Positions 48,144 to 58,570 of a DNA stretch of 64,000 bases are shown piece by piece. The DNA comes from an uncultured Gemmatimonadales bacterium (lineage in GTDB: Bacteria > Gemmatimonadota > Gemmatimonadetes > Gemmatimonadales > GWC2-71-9), in NCBI GenBank assembly GCA_963771275.1, contig CAVYSW010000003.1, positions 1,811,864 through 1,875,863 on the forward strand. Reading direction: 5' to 3'. The notes under the pieces are model-generated. The model was not told the DNA's origin. It worked only from the letters and a program-made list of their open reading frames with translations, and did no database searches. Both the position numbers and the translations under genes were made by a program. Each line of letters opens with the position of its first letter. The first letter of the stretch is position 1.

Positions 48144-50495
48144 ATGCCGCCTACCAGCGAGCAGCCGGGCGAGGCCGGGAAGTCCTTCAAGGACGAGTGG
48201 ATCACGGGCACGATCGAAGAGCTGATCGGTCGTGAGAAGCTCGAAGCGCTGCGCGCGTCGAAGAGCGCCGGCGAGAATCTGTGGGAGACCGCCATCCAGG
48301 CGGCGGTGGCGAGCGACGAGCAGATTCTCGAGGCCCTGGCGACGCGGTTCCGCCTCAAGATCGCGGATCTAGGCCAGAGCGAGCGGGGCGCGCGCGACTT
48401 CGTGCCCGAGCAGGTCGCCCGCCGGTATCACGTCCTGCCGATACGGATCACCGACTCCTATCTCGAGGTCGCCACGGCTGCCCCGTTCGACCTCGACTGC
48501 GAGAAGATGCTGGCGTTCGCCACGGGCCGCGAGGTGCGGATGCAGCTGGCGAGCCCCCGCGCGATCCGCGACCGGATCGACGAGCTGTACCGCCCGGAGA
48601 ACGTGATCGGCAAGCTGCTCGAGGGGATGGACACGACGGAGGTCACGACCCTCGAGGACGAGCAGCTCACCGACGAGCTCACGGCGTCGGCGGAGCAGGC
48701 GTCGCAGCGACCGGTCGTGCGCCTCGTGGACCTGATCCTCTCGGAAGGCATTCTCTCGCGGGCAAGCGACATCCACATCGAGCCGGAGGAGGGCGGTGTG
48801 GCCGTCCGGTACCGGATCGACGGGGTGCTGCGCCAGGTCATGAAGGTGCCGCGCGCGGCGGGGCTGCCGCTCATCTCCCGTCTCAAGATCATCTCGTCGC
48901 TCGACATCGCCGACCGGCTGCGGCCGCAGGACGGGCGGGCCCGCGTCGCCGTCAACGGGACGCCGGTGGATCTCCGGGTCTCGACGCTGCCCGCCTCGCT
49001 CGGCGAGAAGGTCGTGATCCGGATCCTCGATTCGCGGCGCACGGTGCTGTCGCTCGACTCGCTGGGCCTCACCGAGCAAGAGTCCGGCGAGATCCGCGCC
49101 CTGCTCGAAAACCGCGACGGGATCATCCTCGTGACCGGCCCCACCGGCTCCGGCAAGACGACGACGCTCTACTCCGCGCTGCGCCACATCCAGAGCGAGG
49201 GCGTGAACATCGTGACGGTGGAGGACCCGGTCGAGTACCGCCTGGCGGGCATCGTCCAGGTGCAGGTGCACGAGAAGGCCGGTCTCACGTTCTCGTCCGC
49301 CCTGCGATCGATCCTGCGGCAGGACCCCGACGTCGTGCTGGTCGGAGAGATCCGTGACCGCGAGACCGCGCAGATCGCGGTGCAGGCGTCCCTGACGGGG
49401 CACCTCGTGCTCTCGACGCTCCATACCAACGACGCGCCCAACGCCGTCACCCGGCTGGTCGACATCGGGGTCGAGAGCTTCAAGATCGCGACGGCCGTGC
49501 GCGGCGTGGTGGCGCAGCGCTTGATGCGGCGCCTGTGCCCGTCCTGCAAGGAAGTCTGGGTCGAGTCGACCCCGCCCAAGATGCACCGCTGGATTCCGCG
49601 CGACACGCCGCTCTACCGGGCGGTGGGATGTCCCGAATGCGCGATGACCGGCTTTCGCGGCCGGTTCTCGATCATCGAGGTGCTGCGGGTGACGGCCGAG
49701 GTGGAGCGCCGGATCGGCCAGAACCTCACGGCGGACAAGATCGCCGAAGCCGCGCGGGCGGCCGGCATGCACACGATGTGGGAGAGCGGCCTGGAGCATG
49801 TGCTCCGGGGCGACTCGACGATCGACGAGCTGCTCCGCGTCGTCGATATGCCGCAGGAGGACGAGACCCTGGAGCGGCGGCGCTCCGGCTCGAAGCCCAA
49901 GGTCGAGGCGCCGGCAGGTGGGGCGGACGCCACGACCCGGCGCGACACGCCCCCGCCCGAGCCCAAGCCCGAGCGCGCCGCCGGCGAGCCCCACACGAGC
50001 TTCGACGGCGCGTTCGAGCTGCTCGAGGAGGAGCTGATGGCCGGGCTCGGCCAGCAGGCCGGGGGCACGCCGGCCCCCGCGCGCGCCTCGGTGCCCGTGG
50101 CCCCGCGTCCGGCTGCAGCCACGGTGCTTCTCGTCGACGACGAAGACCAGCTGCGCCGCGTGATGCGGGATCTGCTCGAGCGGGACGGCTACGACGTGAT
50201 CGAGGCGGGCGACGGTGTCGAGGCGCTGGACCAGGTGGACCGCCACGCGCCCGACATCATCGTGCTCGATCTCAACCTGCCGGGCCTCGACGGCTACGGC
50301 GTGCTGTCACACCTGCGCTCGCGCCGCGCGACGGAGCACATCCCCGTCGTGGTGCTCACGGCGCGCGGCGACGAGGAGAACGAGGTGCGGGTGTTCGAGT
50401 TCGGCGCGGACGACTTCCTGAGCAAGCCGTTCCGGGCCCGGGCGCTGTCGGCGCGGCTCGACGCGGTGCTGCGCCGCACCAAGCGCCCTCACTGA
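48144..50495 (+). CDS. GspE/PilB-family ATPase with C-terminal response-regulator receiver domain
   Basis: ASDIHIEP, PQDGR, GPTGSGKTT, EDPVE, LRQDPD..LVGEIRD, LHTND, CxxC..CxxC; then LVDDE..LDLNLPGLDG..KPF. Confidence 0.9.
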   Translation: MPPTSEQPGEAGKSFKDEWITGTIEELIGREKLEALRASKSAGENLWETAIQAAVASDEQILEALATRFRLKIADLGQSERGARDFVPEQVARRYHVLPIRITDSYLEVATAAPFDLDCEKMLAFATGREVRMQLASPRAIRDRIDELYRPENVIGKLLEGMDTTEVTTLEDEQLTDELTASAEQASQRPVVRLVDLILSEGILSRASDIHIEPEEGGVAVRYRIDGVLRQVMKVPRAAGLPLISRLKIISSLDIADRLRPQDGRARVAVNGTPVDLRVSTLPASLGEKVVIRILDSRRTVLSLDSLGLTEQESGEIRALLENRDGIILVTGPTGSGKTTTLYSALRHIQSEGVNIVTVEDPVEYRLAGIVQVQVHEKAGLTFSSALRSILRQDPDVVLVGEIRDRETAQIAVQASLTGHLVLSTLHTNDAPNAVTRLVDIGVESFKIATAVRGVVAQRLMRRLCPSCKEVWVESTPPKMHRWIPRDTPLYRAVGCPECAMTGFRGRFSIIEVLRVTAEVERRIGQNLTADKIAEAARAAGMHTMWESGLEHVLRGDSTIDELLRVVDMPQEDETLERRRSGSKPKVEAPAGGADATTRRDTPPPEPKPERAAGEPHTSFDGAFELLEEELMAGLGQQAGGTPAPARASVPVAPRPAAATVLLVDDEDQLRRVMRDLLERDGYDVIEAGDGVEALDQVDRHAPDIIVLDLNLPGLDGYGVLSHLRSRRATEHIPVVVLTARGDEENEVRVFEFGADDFLSKPFRARALSARLDAVLRRTKRPH

Positions 50496-52612
50496 CCCAC
50501 CAGCCGGCGGCGCCGCAGGATCTTCGCCGTCGCCGCTTTCAGCTCTCCCACCCGGAACGGCTTGAGGAAATAGGGGCACGCCAGCCCCTTGAGCCAGGTG
50601 TCCGTCTCGGGCCGGACGTCGGCCGTGAGGAAGATCGTCCGTTCCTTGAGGTCGGGCCAGCGGCGCAGCAGGTGGTCGGCCAGGCGCTCGCCCGCCGACA
50701 CGGGCGCCCGCGCGTCGGCGATGATCACGTCGAAGTCCCGCTCCTCGAGCTGGGCCACCGCCTGCGTGGCGTCCGAGGCCGTGGCGACCACGTTCGTGGG
50801 GCCCGACAGCAGGACGCTGATCATGCGGCGCACCGCCGGGTCTTCGTCCACGAGGAGGATGTCGTAGCGCGGCGCGGGCGTCACGATCTCGTGCTCCTCG
50901 GTGACGATCGCGGCGCGCGCCACCGACGGGCGCGGGGGGGCGATCGGTGAGCGGATCGGGAGGCGCATCACGAACACCGCGCCGCCCTCCACGGCCCGCT
51001 GGACCGTGAGCGAGCCGCCGTGCCCCTCGAGGATGCGGTAGGAGAGCGAGAGCCCGAGGCCGGTGCCCTGGCCGGGCGCCTTCGTGGTGAAGAACGGCGT
51101 GAAGATCTGCCCGACGACCTGCTCGGGGATGCCGGCCCCCGAGTCGCTCACCCGGAGCAGCACCTCGCGGTCCTCCACGGCGGTCACGAGGCCGATGTGC
51201 CGTGGCCGATCCGGCGGGTTGGCCTGCACGGCCTGAATGGCGTTCGTCACGAGGTTGACGACCACCTGCTGGATCTGGTAGCGATCGCCGAGCACGGTGG
51301 GGACCCCGGGATCGAGCGTCGTCTCCAGTCTGATGTCGCACAGCTTGACCTCGTAGCCCATCAGCATCGCCGTGCGCTGGACGATGTCGTTGAGGTCGAG
51401 TTCGGCGACGTCGGCCGGTCCCTTCCGCGCAAACGTCAGCAGGTTGCGCACGATCCGCCCCGCGCGGTCCGCCTGATCGCGCACGACGCGCAGGTGCTCG
51501 TGATCCCGCTCCGACAGGGTCGGCTGCTCGAGCAGGAACTCCGCGAGGCCGGCGATTGAGGTGAGCGGGTTGTTGAGCTCATGGGCGACGCCCGAGACCA
51601 GCTGCCCGACGGCCGCCAGCTTCTCGCTCTGGATCAGCTGGGCCTCGAGCTGCGCCTGCTCGGTGACGTCGTCGATCAGGACGACCGCCCAGGACGCGCC
51701 TGCCTCGCCGCGCATCGGCGCGGCGGTGAACCGCAGCAGGCGGTCGAGCTTGGCCGAGGGCTGGGTCAGGGGACTGGCCGTCTCCCCGCGGCGGGCCGCC
51801 GCCAGCAGCTCCGCCAGCTCCGGCGAGCCGCCCACCACGGTCTCGGCAAGCGGCCGCCCGGTGAGCGAGGGAATCGAGGTCCGGACCAGCGTCGCCAGCG
51901 CCCGGTTGGCGCGGCGGATGCGGCCCGTGTCATCGACCACCGCGAGCCCCTCGGCGAGCGCGTTGAACGTCGTCTCCCACTGGTCCCGGCCCGCCCGGAC
52001 GAGATCGAAGAACCGGGCGTTCGACAACACGATGGCGGCATGCGTCGCGACGGTCGACAGCAGGCGGAGCCCCTGCGGGTCGAACGCGCCGCCGAGCGGG
52101 TCCACGGCGCCGAGGGCGCCGACCGTGACGCCGTGGGCCCTGAGCGGCAGCACCGCGACGCGGCTTGCCGTTACCTCGGCCGCCATGACCGGTCGCCCCG
52201 CGGGTCCCTGCTCTCCCAGCACGAGCTGCTCCTGGCCCATCGCCTTGGCCAGCAGTCCGGGGTCGTCCTGCGGGATCTCCCGGCCGCGCAGGGCGGCCAG
52301 CGTGCCGGATGCGGCCGCGATCCGCACCCCCCGCCCGCCCTCCTCCGCGAGCGCGACGAGCGCGCCCTGTGTGTCCGAGAAGCGCGACAGATAGCTCGTC
52401 ACCTGGTCGGCGATCCGCTGGGGCTGGAGCGACCCCGACAGCACGAAGGACAGCTCCTGCAGCGCGAAAACCTCGTTGAGCCGCCGCGACAGCTCGGCCC
52501 GCGTCGTCTCCAGCTCGGCGGCCCGCGCGGCGGTGGCGCGCGCCGCGCCCAGCCACCAGCCCAGGAGCAGCGCCAGCAGTCCCAGCGCGACGACGGGAAG
52601 CCAGCCACTCAC
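50489..52612 (-). CDS. Hybrid sensor histidine kinase (TM-GAF-PAS-HisKA-HATPase-REC)
   Basis: AHELNNPL, NL.TNA, DSG.G, PFFTTK, GTGLGL, C-terminal receiver. Confidence 0.9.
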   Translation of the reverse strand: MSGWLPVVALGLLALLLGWWLGAARATAARAAELETTRAELSRRLNEVFALQELSFVLSGSLQPQRIADQVTSYLSRFSDTQGALVALAEEGGRGVRIAAASGTLAALRGREIPQDDPGLLAKAMGQEQLVLGEQGPAGRPVMAAEVTASRVAVLPLRAHGVTVGALGAVDPLGGAFDPQGLRLLSTVATHAAIVLSNARFFDLVRAGRDQWETTFNALAEGLAVVDDTGRIRRANRALATLVRTSIPSLTGRPLAETVVGGSPELAELLAAARRGETASPLTQPSAKLDRLLRFTAAPMRGEAGASWAVVLIDDVTEQAQLEAQLIQSEKLAAVGQLVSGVAHELNNPLTSIAGLAEFLLEQPTLSERDHEHLRVVRDQADRAGRIVRNLLTFARKGPADVAELDLNDIVQRTAMLMGYEVKLCDIRLETTLDPGVPTVLGDRYQIQQVVVNLVTNAIQAVQANPPDRPRHIGLVTAVEDREVLLRVSDSGAGIPEQVVGQIFTPFFTTKAPGQGTGLGLSLSYRILEGHGGSLTVQRAVEGGAVFVMRLPIRSPIAPPRPSVARAAIVTEEHEIVTPAPRYDILLVDEDPAVRRMISVLLSGPTNVVATASDATQAVAQLEERDFDVIIADARAPVSAGERLADHLLRRWPDLKERTIFLTADVRPETDTWLKGLACPYFLKPFRVGELKAATAKILRRRRLVGQ

Positions 52613-53433
52613 GGTGCCCCCTCATCCCCGCGCGCGGCCGGCGGCGCGTTGGGCTTGACCAGCTTGGGCACGGCGGGGATCCCGAGGTGCACGTGATACG
52701 GTCGTACCGGCTTCGTCGCCACGCCGAGCGCGCCCACCATTCCCTGCTCGCCAATGCCGGCCCCCTCGAGGATCGTCGCGTGGTACGTCACCCGCACGCC
52801 GTTCCCCAGCGACAGCGGGCTGGAGCTCACCTGCTCCGGATCGACGAGGTCGTGGGAGTGGGTGTACACGTTGGCATAGTCCGAGATGGACACGCGGTCC
52901 CCCAGCGCGAGCCGCTCCCGGTCGTCGAGCAGCACGTGGCGATGGATCACGACGTCGTCGCCGACGTCCATGTTGTAGCCGAACGAGAACTCGACGAACT
53001 GGAAGCACTTGAAGTTCCGCCCGCAGCGCCGGAACACGTGGCGGGCCAGGATCCGGCGGAACCGGACGCCCACGTCGACGTTGCCTCCCCCCAGCGGCGA
53101 TCGGTCGAAGCTCTGCCACAGCCACAACAGCGGCTTCACCCGCGCGTATCGCGCCGCGTCGATCTCGTGGTAGTACTCCGGCTCCAGCGTGACATTGCGC
53201 GGGTCGAGCGCGAGCAGCATCGCGCGCGTGGCGAGCCCCGTCTTGGGGCTGGCGAGCAGGGCGTCGTAGTCGTCGTGGCCGGGGCACCAGAGCGCGAACA
53301 GGATGTCGCGGCAGAGCCGGTCCCGGTCGCACGCGGGATCCGCCAGCCGCTCCTCGACCTCGCCGAGCCACGCATCGGCCACCCGACCCGCGTCAGCGGG
53401 CAGGGAGACTTTGCGGAGCGGTCGGTGGGGCAT
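52609..53433 (-). CDS. Hexapeptide-repeat (LbH) acyltransferase
   Basis: VGDDVVI, LGDRVSI, LGNGVRV repeats; GIPA. Confidence 0.8.
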   Translation of the reverse strand: MPHRPLRKVSLPADAGRVADAWLGEVEERLADPACDRDRLCRDILFALWCPGHDDYDALLASPKTGLATRAMLLALDPRNVTLEPEYYHEIDAARYARVKPLLWLWQSFDRSPLGGGNVDVGVRFRRILARHVFRRCGRNFKCFQFVEFSFGYNMDVGDDVVIHRHVLLDDRERLALGDRVSISDYANVYTHSHDLVDPEQVSSSPLSLGNGVRVTYHATILEGAGIGEQGMVGALGVATKPVRPYHVHLGIPAVPKLVKPNAPPAARGDEGAP

Positions 53434-53440
53434 GAACGGG

Positions 53441-54136
53441 CTACGGCCTGCCGGCCGCCGCGGCCCGTGACAGCACGGCGGCCCGCTCCCGGTCCAGCAC
53501 CCGCGCGACGGCCGTCCAGGCGTGGGTCGTGACGCTGCCGTAGGATACGACCAGCTGATCGTCGAACAGGGCGATCCCCGGCTCGTAGAGTGCCACGGCG
53601 ACCACCGACTCGCGCAGGTCGACCTGGCGCTCGCCCCAGCGCGGACTCATCGGAACGAACGCGACCGGGCGGTAGAACCGCCCGCGACTCTGCACGGTGA
53701 GGTCCTCCGGCGTGAACGGCGCGCGCTCCTTGAGTCCGAAGAACGACACCAGGAACAGGGTGGGCGTCGTGATGCCGAACCGGCGCGCGGCCGAGTCCAC
53801 GCCGGCCGCCTCGAGGCGCTTGAGGCCGCTGAGCGACTCGTACGAGTCGGGCGCGAGCAGGCGAATCACCCGCTCGTCGAGCGGGAGCACCCGTACCCGG
53901 ACGTCCTCGGTGGAGAACAGCAGGGCGATATCGTCCAGCTTGAGCGTGCCGAAGCCGCTGGGCGGCACGTCTTCGGCGCGCATCTCCTGCCCCGCCAGCG
54001 GGGCCGCGCGGAAGCCGGCGGCGCCCGCGGCAACGGCCGCGGCGAGGGCGATCAGCGTGCGGCGCGGACCAGCAAGTCCACCGACTCGCGCAGGTCCGCG
54101 ATCCCTTCCCTGGTCTGCGCGCTCGTGATCACGCAT
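53441..54136 (-). CDS. Hypothetical exported protein (start uncertain)
   Basis: RR..LIALAAA signal-like segment; typical codon usage. Confidence 0.6.
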   Translation of the reverse strand: MRDHERADQGRDRGPARVGGLAGPRRTLIALAAAVAAGAAGFRAAPLAGQEMRAEDVPPSGFGTLKLDDIALLFSTEDVRVRVLPLDERVIRLLAPDSYESLSGLKRLEAAGVDSAARRFGITTPTLFLVSFFGLKERAPFTPEDLTVQSRGRFYRPVAFVPMSPRWGERQVDLRESVVAVALYEPGIALFDDQLVVSYGSVTTHAWTAVARVLDRERAAVLSRAAAAGRP

Positions 54137-54636
54137 TGATCCTCCCCCAGCTCGAGGGCGGCGAGAATGGCGTCCACATGGGTGCGGCGCTGCCCTCGCG
54201 GAATCTTGTCCGCTTTCGTCACCGCGGCCAGTACCGGGACGCCTTGATCGCCCAGCAGGACCGCCATGGCGTGGTCATCCCGGGAGGGCGGGTGGCGGAT
54301 GTCCAGGAGCCACAGCACGCCGGTGAGGGTTTCGCGCCGCGCCAGACAGTCGCGTACCAGCTGCCGGAACCCCGCGCGGTGCTGCCGCGAGGCCGCGGCG
54401 TAGCCGTATCCCGGCAGGTCCACGAGATAGAACCGCTCCTCCACCGCGAACACGTTGCACAGCCGGGTCTTGCCGGGTGTCCGGCTGGTCCGGGCCAGGG
54501 CCTTGCGCCCGACGAGCGCGTTGATCAGGGTGGATTTCCCCACGTTGGAGCGCCCGATCACGGCGATCTCCGGCAGTGGGGGCGTGAGACGGAAGTCGGC
54601 CGCGGGGAAACTGCCGACGAACCGGGTGGAGGTCAG
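54052..54636 (-). CDS. engB: Ribosome biogenesis GTPase YihA/EngB (start uncertain; CTG overlapping the clpX stop is possible)
   Basis: [23 protein letters not shown]. Confidence 0.9.
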   Translation of the reverse strand: MTSTRFVGSFPAADFRLTPPLPEIAVIGRSNVGKSTLINALVGRKALARTSRTPGKTRLCNVFAVEERFYLVDLPGYGYAAASRQHRAGFRQLVRDCLARRETLTGVLWLLDIRHPPSRDDHAMAVLLGDQGVPVLAAVTKADKIPRGQRRTHVDAILAALELGEDQCVITSAQTREGIADLRESVDLLVRAAR

Positions 54637-55883
54637 GCTTCCTTCTTGGCCCGCGCGCGCTCCGTGACCAGCAGCGGCGTCCGTCCTTCGGTCACGCATT
54701 CCGTGGTGATGACGACTTCGCGGATGTCGCTCCGATCCGGCAGCTCGAACATGATGTCGGTCATCATGTCCTCGAGGATCGACCGCAGGCCCCGCGCCCC
54801 CGTGCCGCGCTTGATCGCCCGCTGCGCCACCGCCCGGAGCGCGTCGGGCTCGAACGTGAGACCGACGTTCTCCAGCTCGAAGAGCTTCTTGTACTGCTTC
54901 GTCAGGGCGTTCTTGGGCTCGAGCAGGATCTTGACGAGCGACTCCTCATCGAGCTCGTCGAGCGAGACGGCGACCGGCAGGCGGCCCACCAGCTCGGGGA
55001 TCAGGCCGAAGCGCAGCAGGTCGTCGGGCTCGACGTCGAGGTACGGGTTCCGGGCGAGCTGCTGCGCCCGGCCGGTTTCCAGCTCTTCCTTGGTGAACCC
55101 GATCTGCCGGCGGCCCGTCCGGGCCTCGATGATCTTGTCGAGGCCGTCGAACGCCCCGCCGCAGATGAACAGGATGTCCTTGGTGTTGATCTGGATGTAC
55201 TCCTGCTGCGGGTGCTTCCGTCCCCCCTGCGGCGGCACCGACGCGACGGTGCCCTCGAGAATCTTGAGCAGCGCCTGCTGCACGCCCTCGCCCGACACGT
55301 CGCGCGTGATGCTCGGGTTCTCGCTCTTCCTGGCGATCTTGTCGATCTCGTCGATGTAGACGATGCCGTGCTCGCACTCGGTGACGTTGAAGTCGCCGGC
55401 CTGGAGCAGCCGCACCAGGATGTTCTCGACGTCCTCGCCGACGTACCCGGCCTCGGTCAGCGTGGTGGCGTCCGCGATGGTGAAGGGGACGTCCAGGATC
55501 CGGGCCAGGGTCTGCGCCAGCAGCGTCTTGCCGACCCCGGTGGGTCCGAGCAGCAGGAGGTTGGACTTTTCCAGCTCGACGTCGTCATCCCGCCCCGAGT
55601 GGGAGTTGATCCGCTTGTAGTGGCTGTAGACCGCGACCGCCAGGACCCGCTTGGCCCGCTCCTGACCGACGACGTACTGGTCCAGCACGTCCTTGATCTC
55701 GGCCGGCGTGGGGATCTGGGTGATCGCCTCGGCGACCTCCCGTTCCTCGTCCTCGGCCAGGATCTCGTTGCACAGCGCGATGCACTCGTTGCAGATGTAG
55801 ACCGAAGGCCCGGAGATGAACTTCCGGACCGAGTCTTTCGACTTCCCGCAGAACGAGCAGCGTAGGTGCTTGTCGTTAGCCAT
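54633..55883 (-). CDS. clpX: ATP-dependent Clp protease ATP-binding subunit
   Basis: CSFCGK zinc finger, [27 protein letters not shown] loop. Confidence 0.97.
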   Translation of the reverse strand: MANDKHLRCSFCGKSKDSVRKFISGPSVYICNECIALCNEILAEDEEREVAEAITQIPTPAEIKDVLDQYVVGQERAKRVLAVAVYSHYKRINSHSGRDDDVELEKSNLLLLGPTGVGKTLLAQTLARILDVPFTIADATTLTEAGYVGEDVENILVRLLQAGDFNVTECEHGIVYIDEIDKIARKSENPSITRDVSGEGVQQALLKILEGTVASVPPQGGRKHPQQEYIQINTKDILFICGGAFDGLDKIIEARTGRRQIGFTKEELETGRAQQLARNPYLDVEPDDLLRFGLIPELVGRLPVAVSLDELDEESLVKILLEPKNALTKQYKKLFELENVGLTFEPDALRAVAQRAIKRGTGARGLRSILEDMMTDIMFELPDRSDIREVVITTECVTEGRTPLLVTERARAKKEA

Positions 55884-55964
55884 TTTGCCTCGGGTCCCCC
55901 GGGTCCCAACGCCTTAAGATGCGTGGCCGCCGGTCAGCCCGTCAAGAACATGCGTCACCAAGCG

Positions 55965-56579
55965 TTACACGGGCTTCGGGTGCTCCACCTCGGACTTCTG
56001 CTGAATCACCTTGTCGATGATGCCGTAGCTCACCGCCTCGTCGGCGGACATGAACCGGTCCCGGTCGATGTCGCGCTCGATGACTTCCTTGGCCTGTCCC
56101 GTGTGGAGCGCGAACAGCTCGTTGAGCTGCTGGCGCAGGTAGAGGATCTCCTTGGCCTGGATCTCGATGTCCGCGGCACTGCCCTGGGCTCCGCCGGAGG
56201 GCTGGTGGACCATGATCCTGGCATGGGGCAGGGCGGACCGCTTGCCCTTGCGGCCCGAGGCCAGCAGGAAGGCGCCCATCGAGGCCGCCATCCCCATGCA
56301 GATCGTGTTCACCGGGGCCTTCATGAACTGGATCGTGTCGTAGATCGCCATGCCCGCCGAGACGATCCCGCCCGGGGAGTTGATGTAGAGGTAGACGTCG
56401 CGCTCCGGGTTGTCCGCCTCGAGAAACAGCAGCTGGGCGATGATGATGTTCGCGACGTCGTCGTTGATCGGGGCGCCGAGGAACACGATCCGGTCCATCA
56501 GGAGCCGCGAGAAGATGTCGTAGGTCCGCTCGCCCCGGCTGGAGCGCTCGATGATGTAGGGCGGGTAGATCGTCGCCAT
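55965..56579 (-). CDS. clpP: Clp protease proteolytic subunit
   Basis: [28 protein letters not shown]. Confidence 0.97.
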   Translation of the reverse strand: MATIYPPYIIERSSRGERTYDIFSRLLMDRIVFLGAPINDDVANIIIAQLLFLEADNPERDVYLYINSPGGIVSAGMAIYDTIQFMKAPVNTICMGMAASMGAFLLASGRKGKRSALPHARIMVHQPSGGAQGSAADIEIQAKEILYLRQQLNELFALHTGQAKEVIERDIDRDRFMSADEAVSYGIIDKVIQQKSEVEHPKPV

Positions 56580-56584
56580 GGTGC

Positions 56585-57835
56585 TCAACTCTCGGTCACG
56601 GTGGATTGAGCGAGCAGGAACGCGAACACCTTCTCCTCGGTGATCGTCTGCTCCAACTCCTTGAGTCGCTTCGCTTTCTGCAGTTCCGCGTACGCCTGGC
56701 CCGGCTCCACGCCGCGCCGCTTGGCGATCTCCTCGACCCGCTGATCGAGGTCCGCTTCCGTGGCCTTCAGGCCGTTTGCCTTGGCGACGTGGTCCAGCAC
56801 GAGGTCGCGCCGGACCTGGGACTCGGCCAGGGTGCGGAACTCGTTGGCGAACGTCTCGAGCCGCTCGTCCGGGATGCTGTAGGCCTGGGCGTAGGCCCCG
56901 ATCAGCCGGTCGGTGAGCGCGCGCGGGGCGGGGACGCTGTTGGCCGTTACGATCTGCTCGATCAGCTGGCGCCGCACCCCAGCGTCCGCCTCGCGGCGCG
57001 CTTCCTGCTCGAGGTCGGCGCGCACCGCCCGGCGGGCGGCGTCGAGCGAGTCGAAGTCGCCGATCTGCCGAGCGAACGCGTCATCGAGAGGCGGGAGGTT
57101 CTGGCGCTTCACCTCCTGTACGGTGATCTGCACGTGGCGGGTCTGGCCGCGCTTGGTCTCGTCGGCGAAGTCGTCCGGGAATCTCACGTCGGCCTCGCCG
57201 GTCTGACCCGGGAGGAGCCGCATGATCTGGTCTTCGACGTCCGGGATGGCCTGGCCTTGCCCGAGCACCACGCGATACTGCTTGGCCTCCTGGGGCGTTC
57301 CGTCGGTCACGGTCGCCAGACTCACGGCCGCCAGGTCACCGGGCTTGGGCGCCTCCCCTTCGACCGGCACCCAGGCGGCCTGCTGGCGCCGCAGCTCGTC
57401 GAGCTGGCCTTCCACCATCTCGTCCGTCACCGGGCGCAGCGCCTGCGTGAGCTTGAAGCCCCCCAACCGGTCGAGGGTCAGCTCCGGCCTGAGCTCGACA
57501 TGCAGCTCGAACGTGAGCGGGGCCCCCGTCTCGAACTTGAGATCGTGCACGTGCGGGTCGGCGATGGGGTCGAGCTTTTCCTGCTCCAGGGTCGCCTTCC
57601 AACCCTCGCCGATCACTTCGCGCAGCACCTGCTCGCGAATCACGTCCTGGTACTTCTTGCGGACCACCGCGAGGGGCGCCTTGCCCTGACGGAAGCCGGG
57701 CAGCCGGGCGCGTCTGGCGAGATCTCGGGCCGCGTGCACCTCGGCCTGCTCCACCCGGTCGGGGGTGATCTCGATCCGGAAGCTCGCCTCGCCGGGCTGC
57801 TCCTTGGACTTGGTAACCTGAATGCCGTCAACCAT
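56585..57835 (-). CDS. tig: Trigger factor
   Basis: PGFRQGKAP ribosome-binding motif; upstream of clpP. Confidence 0.93.
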   Translation of the reverse strand: MVDGIQVTKSKEQPGEASFRIEITPDRVEQAEVHAARDLARRARLPGFRQGKAPLAVVRKKYQDVIREQVLREVIGEGWKATLEQEKLDPIADPHVHDLKFETGAPLTFELHVELRPELTLDRLGGFKLTQALRPVTDEMVEGQLDELRRQQAAWVPVEGEAPKPGDLAAVSLATVTDGTPQEAKQYRVVLGQGQAIPDVEDQIMRLLPGQTGEADVRFPDDFADETKRGQTRHVQITVQEVKRQNLPPLDDAFARQIGDFDSLDAARRAVRADLEQEARREADAGVRRQLIEQIVTANSVPAPRALTDRLIGAYAQAYSIPDERLETFANEFRTLAESQVRRDLVLDHVAKANGLKATEADLDQRVEEIAKRRGVEPGQAYAELQKAKRLKELEQTITEEKVFAFLLAQSTVTES

Positions 57836-58053
57836 CTGGGTTCGTTAGACCTCCGAGCCGAGAAAGCTAATCCCGATTACCGGGTGGTGGCAGGATGCGG
57901 GGGGGTGGGGGGGCGCGGCCGAATGCCACCCCCACGCACTGAACTGGGTACGTCCCGTCCCCCCGACTGGTCCACCTTGGCCTCGCCAGCGGCACTCGCG
58001 TTGTTGGGTGTCGCGTCGCACCTCCGGTCCCGCCAGCGTGCCAGAACGTGGTA

Positions 58054-58137
58054 GCGGGTGTGGTGGAAGCGGCAGACACGAATCGCTCGCAACGGTTTGG
58101 GCGTGAGCCCGTGTGGGTTCGCATCCCACCACCCGCA
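58054..58137 (+). tRNA. tRNA with Leu-type (class II) body and CGC (Ala) anticodon
   Basis: Acceptor GCGGGTG/CACCCGC, D arm GTG-GAAGCGGCAGA-CAC, anticodon arm AATCG-CTCGCAA-CGGTT, variable arm GGGC-GTGA-GCCC, T arm GTGGG-TTCGCAT-CCCAC, A73. Confidence 0.85.
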
Positions 58138-58146
58138 CCCTGGCTG

Positions 58147-58176
58147 TTGCACGGGAAGCTCAGCCGAGGCTATACT
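58147..58176 (+). promoter_or_regulatory. Sigma70-like promoter with overlapping palindrome
   Basis: TTGCAC, 18 bp, TATACT; GCCGAG..CTCGGC inverted repeat straddles the -10 box. Confidence 0.5.
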
Positions 58177-58220
58177 CGGCGTACGTTGCGAGCGGTTCGC
58201 GTGGCACTTTCCGCCATGCC

Positions 58221-58251
58221 AAAGGTCGCGGGCCTGGAGCCCGCGACCTTT
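58221..58251. terminator. Perfect 13-bp hairpin, possibly a bidirectional terminator
   Basis: AAAGGTCGCGGGC-CTGGA-GCCCGCGACCTTT. Confidence 0.55.
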
Positions 58252-58570
58252 CCGTTGTGTGCCCCGTTGGATGCCGACGTCGAGGAAAAGTCGTCGGGGG
58301 CGTCAGCGGCGGTCAGGGCGCCGGCACCGGGCTCAACATCACCCCGGAGACGCCAGTGGCCGTCACGTTCTGGACGATCGTGCCGGGCTCAAACACGAGG
58401 CAGGCCGCGTTGGTCGTGCCATCCTCGTTGGCCGTGACCTCGAATGTCCGTCTTGAGACCGGTTTGCGCGCCGGGGTGAGTGCGACCGAAGGGACGCGAC
58501 GTGAAGCAGAGCGAGCGGCCTCAACCGCGCAGCTCAACCCTCACGTCACGGGCTGACCCACAGGATTAAG

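Noticed and set aside
57895..57940. G-rich run as a G-quadruplex or ncRNA
   Set aside because: Imperfect hairpin with homopolymer runs of unreliable length; no further support.
58054..58137. Ordinary tRNA-Ala, tRNA-Sec or allo-tRNA
   Set aside because: No G3:U70 and has a long variable arm (not Ala); 7/5 acceptor/T stems and a non-UCA anticodon (not Sec or 8/4, 9/3 allo-tRNA).
58313..58537. Small ORFs in the island (also 61594-62016 and 61664-62236)
   Set aside because: No recognisable motifs or clear start signals; cannot be supported as genes.
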